NCBI GenBank assembly: GCA_034520965.1
Contig: JAXHMY010000001.1
Coordinates: 416,001-480,000 of the forward strand
From: Spirochaetia bacterium
GTDB lineage: Bacteria; Spirochaetota; Spirochaetia; DSM-16054; Sediminispirochaetaceae
Direction: 5' to 3'
Length of the DNA: 64,000 bases
Part shown: positions 58,355 through 64,000 of the stretch, one piece after another
How positions within the stretch are numbered: the stretch's first letter is position 1
Layout of the letters: each line of letters starts with the position of its first letter
The notes under the pieces: model-generated
The model's database searches: none
What the model was told of the DNA's origin: nothing
What the model saw: only the letters and a program-made list of their open reading frames with translations
Translations under genes and position numbers: made by a program

Positions 58355-59340
58355 ATGCTGAAAATGGCAATTATTGCAGGTTTCCTCGGAAAAACGAAAG
58401 ACCGCTTTCACGGATAGAGCCAGGCCATCGACCTGGAGGGTAAGTTCCAGAGCTTAAGCGAAATGGGCAGGCTATTGACGGTTTCGAAATTGTATATCCC
58501 GATCTGAAGCCAGGCGATGCCGATACAAGCTCGAAAAACTGAATGAAAAAGTACCGGAATATCCATCGCTGCAATCAACGTAAATGTAGAAGGGGAGCCG
58601 GAGTTCCGCAACGGCGGTGTAAGCTCACCGGACCCTGAGGTCAGGACCAAAGCGGTGCGCTTTATAAAAGAGGCCAAGGATTTTGCTACCGAAGTAGGGG
58701 CCGACAAGGTCACCTGCTGTCCATTGGGCGACGGGTACGAATTCAGTTTCCAGCTCGACTATCAGGAGTACTTGGAACAACATGGTTGCAATTCGTTCCG
58801 GCGAGAGCCGGCCGCCATAACCCGGACATGCCCTTATACATCGAAGTACAAGCCGAGCGAAACTCGGGGCCGCTGCTTTGTGAACGATACCGCCGAAGAC
58901 CATCCTGCTGCTGAACCAGGTTGATGTACCAAACATGGGCATAACCCTGGATTTCGGCCACTCGATCTACGGGAACGAAAACCCCTCCGAGGCTGCGCTG
59001 TTAGTGCACAACAGTCCCTATAATTTATATGTACATATTAACGACAACAACGCCCTGTGGGACTGGGACTTCTCCGCCCCGGTTCGAAAGCAGCATTCTC
59101 GAATACATTGAGTTCATCTATTACCTGCGGAAAATTGGCTACAGCGACTACCTGACCTCCGATACCTCCCCTACCCGATGGCCGATCCGCGACACCTTCG
59201 AGATCAACAGCCGCCTGACCAACAAGATCTGGAAATTGCTCGACTCGATCGATGAAAAGCAGCTGGATAAGCTGATCCACGGCGATGATTACATGCAGAC
59301 CTGGCGCTTTATCGAAGAGAATCTATTGGGACTGAAATAG
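58355..59340 (+). CDS. Xylose-isomerase-like TIM-barrel protein, several frameshifts
   Basis: MLKMAIIAGFLGKTKDRFH start; DGYEFSFQ, YKPSETR, TLDFGHS, HINDN..DWD fragments in shifting frames. Confidence 0.7.
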
Positions 59341-59380
59341 AAAGGCTTGATATAGGCCTAAGATAACTCAGGAGAATTTT

Positions 59381-60368
59381 ATGGCGACAAAACCTAAAGT
59401 ATACATAACCCGCAGAATACCGCAGGCCGGAATAGACCTGCTCAAGCAGAAATATGAAGTCGAAGTGAACCCGCACGACCGGGTGCTCAGCCGGGAAGAA
59501 TTGCTGACAGCAGTGCTAGTTGCCGCCGACGGTGTGCTCTGTCTGCTGACCGACAAAATCGACGGCGATTTTTTCGATTCGGCGCCGAAGCTGCGCGGCG
59601 TGGCCAACTATGCCGTCGGCTACGACAACATCGACGTACCGGAGGCTACCAGCCGTAAAATCCCGGTCTCCAACACACCAGGGGTCCTGACCGACGCCAC
59701 CGCCGAGATGGCCTGGGCGCTGCTGTTTGCAGTTGCCCGGCGAGTGGTGGAATCGGACGGGCGTCCTGCGCCGCAGGAAAATGGGGCGGATGGGGGCCGC
59801 TGCAGTTGATCGGCGGTGACATAAGTGGCAAAACCCTCGGAGTGGTCGGTACCGGCCGCATCGGCACCGCCATGGCCCTGAAATCGACCGGTTTCAACAT
59901 GCAGGTACTCTACACCGATGTGGTGGAAAACGAAGTACTGAACGAGAAGTGCAAGGCCCGCCGGGTAGATTTAGATACATTGCTGACTGAATCCGATTTC
60001 ATCAGCATCCATGTGCCGTTGATGGGCTCCACCAGGCACCTGTTCAATACAGAGAGCCTTCAAAAAGATGAAATCCACCGCCTACCTGATCAATACCTCC
60101 CGCGGACCGGTTATCGACGAGGCCGATCTGATGCAGGCGCTTGGGACCGCAGGGGAGATCGCCGGGGCCGGTCTGGATGTGTATGAGACCGAACCCGATA
60201 TGGCCGCCGGTCTGGCCGAACAGAAAAACGCGGTGCTTACCCCGCACACCGCCTCCGCAACCGAAGAGGCCCGCACCAATATGGCCCTCAAAGCGGCCCG
60301 CAACCTGATGTGCCATGCCTAAGAAGGAAATACACCCCCGGATTGGCGTAAATCCGGAAATTTTGTAA
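59381..60368 (+). CDS. D-2-hydroxyacid dehydrogenase (glycerate/glyoxylate reductase type), frameshifted
   Basis: AVGYDNID, NTPGVLTDATAE, GTGRIG, INTSRGPV, GLDVYE.EP, LTPH. Confidence 0.88.
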
Positions 60369-60426
60369 CCTTCTACAATTTCCGGTTGTTAGGTTATAAA
60401 ACGATAAATAAATGGTTATCAAAATA

Positions 60427-60472
60427 AAACCGGACCGGGTTTCTCCTCCTTTTCCCGGTTCGGTTTTTTTTC
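60427..60472 (+). terminator. Intrinsic terminator ending the catabolic operon
   Basis: accggaccggg/cccggttcggt stem with T7 tract. Confidence 0.6.
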
Positions 60473-60540
60473 ATAACCGGTTGCCAGACCGACTGAGCCG
60501 GGACTTCCGCATTTCTCCACTCTCTCTCTATACTTACCGC

Positions 60541-61664
60541 ATGCAGACACTCAATATTCTCTTTATCGAACCCTTTTACGGAGGCTCGCACAAGGCCTTT
60601 GCCGACGAACTTGCCCGGTACTCGCGCCACAATGTTACCCTGTTCACCCTGCCGGCCCGCTTCTGGAAGTGGCGGATGCGGGGTGCAGCTCTGGAGGTGG
60701 TCCGCTGGATCCCCCGTCCCGACAGCTTCGATCTGGTAATTGCCGCCAGCATGCTCTCGTTGGCCGACCTGAAGGCCCTGTGGGGAGCCGCCGCCCCGCC
60801 GATGATCAGCTACTTTCATGAAAACCAGCTCAACTACCCCCTCAGCCCCGGCGAAACCCGCGATTTCCACTACGGTTTTACCGATATTACCACCGGCCTG
60901 GCGGCCGACCGCATCATTTTTAACTCGCATTTCCATAAATCCGCTTTTTTTGAGGAGTTGCCGCGCTTCATCGCCCACATGCCGGACACTAAACCCACCT
61001 GGGTGGTGGAAGCACCATTTAAAGAAAGCGTTGTTTTCTATCCGGGTATTGCGCCAGGCTATAGAAGCAAGTGGGCTGCCGGATGGCCCTGCGGAAAGCG
61101 CGCAGGCGGCCGGTACTCCGGCCGCCCCTCCCATGGTCCTCTGGAACCACCGCTGGGAGCACGACAAGAATCCGGAAGAGTTCTTCCGGGTGCTGTTTTC
61201 GCTGCAGGAGGGCGGGCTGGCCTTCAGACTGGCGGTAGTTGGAGAGCAGTTCAGCCGTTACCCGCGGATATTCGACGAGGCCCGCGATAAACTTGCCGAG
61301 GAAATTGTGCAGTTCGGCTATGTAGAGGACCGCGCGGCCTACTACCGCTGGCTGCGGCAGGCGGACATCGTGGTCAGCACCGCCAATCAGGAGAACTTCG
61401 GCCTCTCGATCGCCGAAGCCGCGGCCGCCGGTGCGTATCCTCTGCTGCCGCAGCGGCTCTCCTACCCCGAGCTGATTCCGCCGGAGTACCACGGGGCCTG
61501 CCTGTATGATGATAATAATGAGCTGGAAAATAGATTGGCTGAATTGATCAGCCGCAGTTTCACTGCCCCCCAAGGGCCTTTCCGAGGCTATGCACATCTA
61601 CAGCTGGCCGTCTCTGATAGAAAAATACGATACTCTGTTTTCTGAAACAGCCGCAGGCAGGTAA
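60541..61664 (+). CDS. DUF3524 + GT-B glycosyltransferase (GTDC1/QTMAN-like), frameshifted
   Basis: EPFYGGSH, LPARFWKWRMR, YFHENQL.YP, FNSHFH, WNHRWEHDKNP, ENFGLS. Confidence 0.85.
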
Positions 61665-61729
61665 CAGCACGAATTATATTTACTGTCATATCCTACCAGG
61701 CGGCTTCGGGTGCTTAGCCGCTTAGATGT

Positions 61730-64000
61730 TTAAGCGGAACTGTTCTCTACTTTTTCAAACTTCAGATCCTCAGCTCCCATGGTAACCTTCACGGCATCTC
61801 CCTCTTTCACGTTTCCCTCCAGCATCAGTTTAGCAATGGGGCTCTGTACCAGGCTCTGAACGGTCCGCTTAATCGGGCGCGCACCGAAGGCAGGGTCGTA
61901 GCCAACCTTTGCAATATGCTGCACCGCATCTTCCATCACCTGTAGTTCGATCTTACGTGAGGTCATCCGCTTTTTAAGGCGCTCGATTTCCAGCAGTACA
62001 ATATCGTGAATCTGGGCTGTTCCAAGACGACGGAAGGTAATAATTTCATCCACCCGGTTGAGGAACTCCGGCTTAAAGGTCTGCTTCATCATCCCTTCAA
62101 CCTGCTCTTTCACATCCTCAAGCTCCTTAGCCTGTAGAATCAACTCGCTGCCGATATTGCTGGTCATGATGACAATAGTATTCCTGAAGTCCACCAGCCG
62201 GCCCTGGCCATCGGTCAGACGGCCGTCATCGAGCAGCTGCAGCATCACATTAAACACATCCGGGTGTGCCTTTTCAATCTCATCGAAGAGCACAACCGAA
62301 TAGGGGCGCCGGCGTACCGCTTCGGTCAACTGGCCACCTTCCTCATAGCCGACATAGCCGGGAGGTGCGCCAATCAGCCGCGAGACCGAATGCTTTTCCA
62401 TATACTCGCTCATATCGATACGCTTCAGGGCATGCTCATCATCAAACAGAAAGTCCGCCAGGGTCTTTGCCAGCTCGGTCTTACCAACACCGGTGGGACC
62501 GATAAAGATAAACGAACCGAGGGGCTTGTTCTCGTCACTGAGTCCTGTTTTATTACGCCGAATCGCATCAGAGACGGCAACGATAGCCTCATTCTGCCCA
62601 ACCACCCTCTTTTCAAGGGTGTCTTCCAGCTTGAGGTATTTAGCCATCTCGCTGGCCAGCATCTTGGACACGGGTATCCCGGTCCAGGTGGCAACCACCT
62701 GGGCAATATCCTCTTCGGATACCTCCTCCCGCAGCAGCTGGGTACCGCCCTGCAGATTCTCCAACTCCCGCCCCTTGACCTCAATCTCAGCATTGGTCTG
62801 CGGGATTTTGCCGTGCTTTATTTCGGCAGCACGATTTAGATCGCCCTCCCGCTCATAACGGGCTTCGTCCCGTTTATACTGGTCAAGGTCTGCTTTAAGC
62901 GCACGAATCTCATCAATTATGTGCTTTTCATTCTGCCACTGCAGATGCATGGTATCGCGCTTTGATCTTAACTCGCCCAGCTCCCGCTCCAGCTTCGCGC
63001 GGCGTTCCTGGGAGGCCTCATCCTCCTCCCGAGAAAGGGCCTGACGCTCAATATCGGCCTGGAGAATCTTACGCTGAATCTGATCAAGGGCTATCGGCTG
63101 GCTCTCAATTTCCATTTTCAAGCGACTGGCCGCCTCATCTACCAGGTCGATAGCCTTGTCCGGCAGAAAACGGCTGGTAATATAGCGGTCCGAGAGGGTG
63201 GCGGCGGCAATCAGCGCATCATCGCGAATTCGCACCCCGTGATGCACTTCATAACGGTCCTTAATTCCCCGCAAAATCGCAATACTACTCTCCACCGAAG
63301 GCTCACTGGTAAACACCGGCTGAAAGCGCCGCTCCAGGGCCGGATCTTTCTCGATATGTTTGCGGTACTCATCCAGGGTTGTCGCACCGATAGCCCGCAG
63401 GTCTCCCCGCGCCAGGGCCGGCTTAAGCAGGTTCGAGGCATCCATGGCCCCTTCCGCAGCTCCGGCTCCGACCAGGGTATGCAGCTCGTCGATGAACAGC
63501 AGAATCTGGCCGTCGGATTCGGATACCTCCTGGATAACCGCCTTCAGCCGCTCCTCAAATTCACCTCTAAACTTTGCTCCCGCTACCAATGCTCCTAAGT
63601 CCAGGGCCAGCAGACGCTTCTCCTTCAAGCTGTCGGGCACATCCCCGGAGATAATCCGGATGGCCATACCCTCGGCAATGGCGGTTTTCCCAACCCCCGG
63701 CTCACCAATCAGCACAGGATTATTCTTTGTCCGGCGGCTGAGCACCTGCATCACCCGCCGTATCTCTTCATCCCGGCCAATGACCGGATCCAATTTCTCC
63801 CGGCGAGCTAAACTGGTCAGGTCGCGGCAGTACTTCTCCAAGGCCTGGTAACGGCCTTCGGGGTTTTGGTCGGTTACCCGCTGGTTGCCGCGAATTCCTT
63901 TCAGAGCGGACAGCACCGCATCCCGAGTCACTCCGTGTCGCTTGAGCATCTCAGAGCTGCGGCCGGGCTGATGCAAAATTGCCAGTAAAATGTGTTCAGC
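61730..64000 (-). CDS. clpB: Chaperone ClpB (5' end outside the window)
   Basis: Two AAA+ modules ([16 protein letters not shown]), long middle coiled coil, [13 protein letters not shown]. Confidence 0.96.
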   Translation of the reverse strand, partial: AEHILLAILHQPGRSSEMLKRHGVTRDAVLSALKGIRGNQRVTDQNPEGRYQALEKYCRDLTSLARREKLDPVIGRDEEIRRVMQVLSRRTKNNPVLIGEPGVGKTAIAEGMAIRIISGDVPDSLKEKRLLALDLGALVAGAKFRGEFEERLKAVIQEVSESDGQILLFIDELHTLVGAGAAEGAMDASNLLKPALARGDLRAIGATTLDEYRKHIEKDPALERRFQPVFTSEPSVESSIAILRGIKDRYEVHHGVRIRDDALIAAATLSDRYITSRFLPDKAIDLVDEAASRLKMEIESQPIALDQIQRKILQADIERQALSREEDEASQERRAKLERELGELRSKRDTMHLQWQNEKHIIDEIRALKADLDQYKRDEARYEREGDLNRAAEIKHGKIPQTNAEIEVKGRELENLQGGTQLLREEVSEEDIAQVVATWTGIPVSKMLASEMAKYLKLEDTLEKRVVGQNEAIVAVSDAIRRNKTGLSDENKPLGSFIFIGPTGVGKTELAKTLADFLFDDEHALKRIDMSEYMEKHSVSRLIGAPPGYVGYEEGGQLTEAVRRRPYSVVLFDEIEKAHPDVFNVMLQLLDDGRLTDGQGRLVDFRNTIVIMTSNIGSELILQAKELEDVKEQVEGMMKQTFKPEFLNRVDEIITFRRLGTAQIHDIVLLEIERLKKRMTSRKIELQVMEDAVQHIAKVGYDPAFGARPIKRTVQSLVQSPIAKLMLEGNVKEGDAVKVTMGAEDLKFEKVENSSA

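Noticed and set aside
55698..59340. Assigning the island to the known apiose or sulfoquinovose pathways
   Set aside because: No apulose kinase, apionate oxidoisomerase, sulfoquinovosidase or RpiB-type isomerase is recognisable; only family-level similarity.
1..61664. Many split genes suggesting mass pseudogenisation or programmed frameshifting
   Set aside because: Breaks are 1-nt indels, often near homopolymers, and also hit essential rplB; catalytic motifs are intact. Long-read assembly error is the simpler explanation, though reads are needed to confirm.

Overview
Core-genome window of a spirochaete (Spirochaetia; inferred from gene content and order, not from a search). Many single-base indels split ORFs, even in essential rplB, which points to an under-polished long-read assembly. 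Left part (1-12.5 kb): ptsI-der-merR-hypothetical, a GerMN protein, rny-ymdB-tlyA and a very large membrane protein with Glu-rich repeats. Middle (12.7-40.4 kb): the translation/transcription supercluster (tRNA-Thr, rpmG, tRNA-Trp, secE, nusG, rplKAJL, rpoBC, rpsL-rpsG, tuf, S10-spc-alpha). fusA is missing, and its slot holds a promoter and a highly structured ~280-nt tuf leader. Right part: a NifA-like sigma54 activator with glgP, small housekeeping genes, and a ~12-kb catabolic island (AKR7-like reductase, SDR epimerase, two GntRs, BKACE, TRAP transporter, two TIM-barrel isomerases, split transketolase, 2-hydroxyacid dehydrogenase, no kinase) carrying TTGTATACAA operators. It ends with a GTDC1/QTMAN-like glycosyltransferase and partial clpB. 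Best leads: the kinase-less TRAP/BKACE/transketolase pathway, the tuf-leader RNA, a 52-bp palindromic element showing covariation, and two eukaryote-like enzymes.
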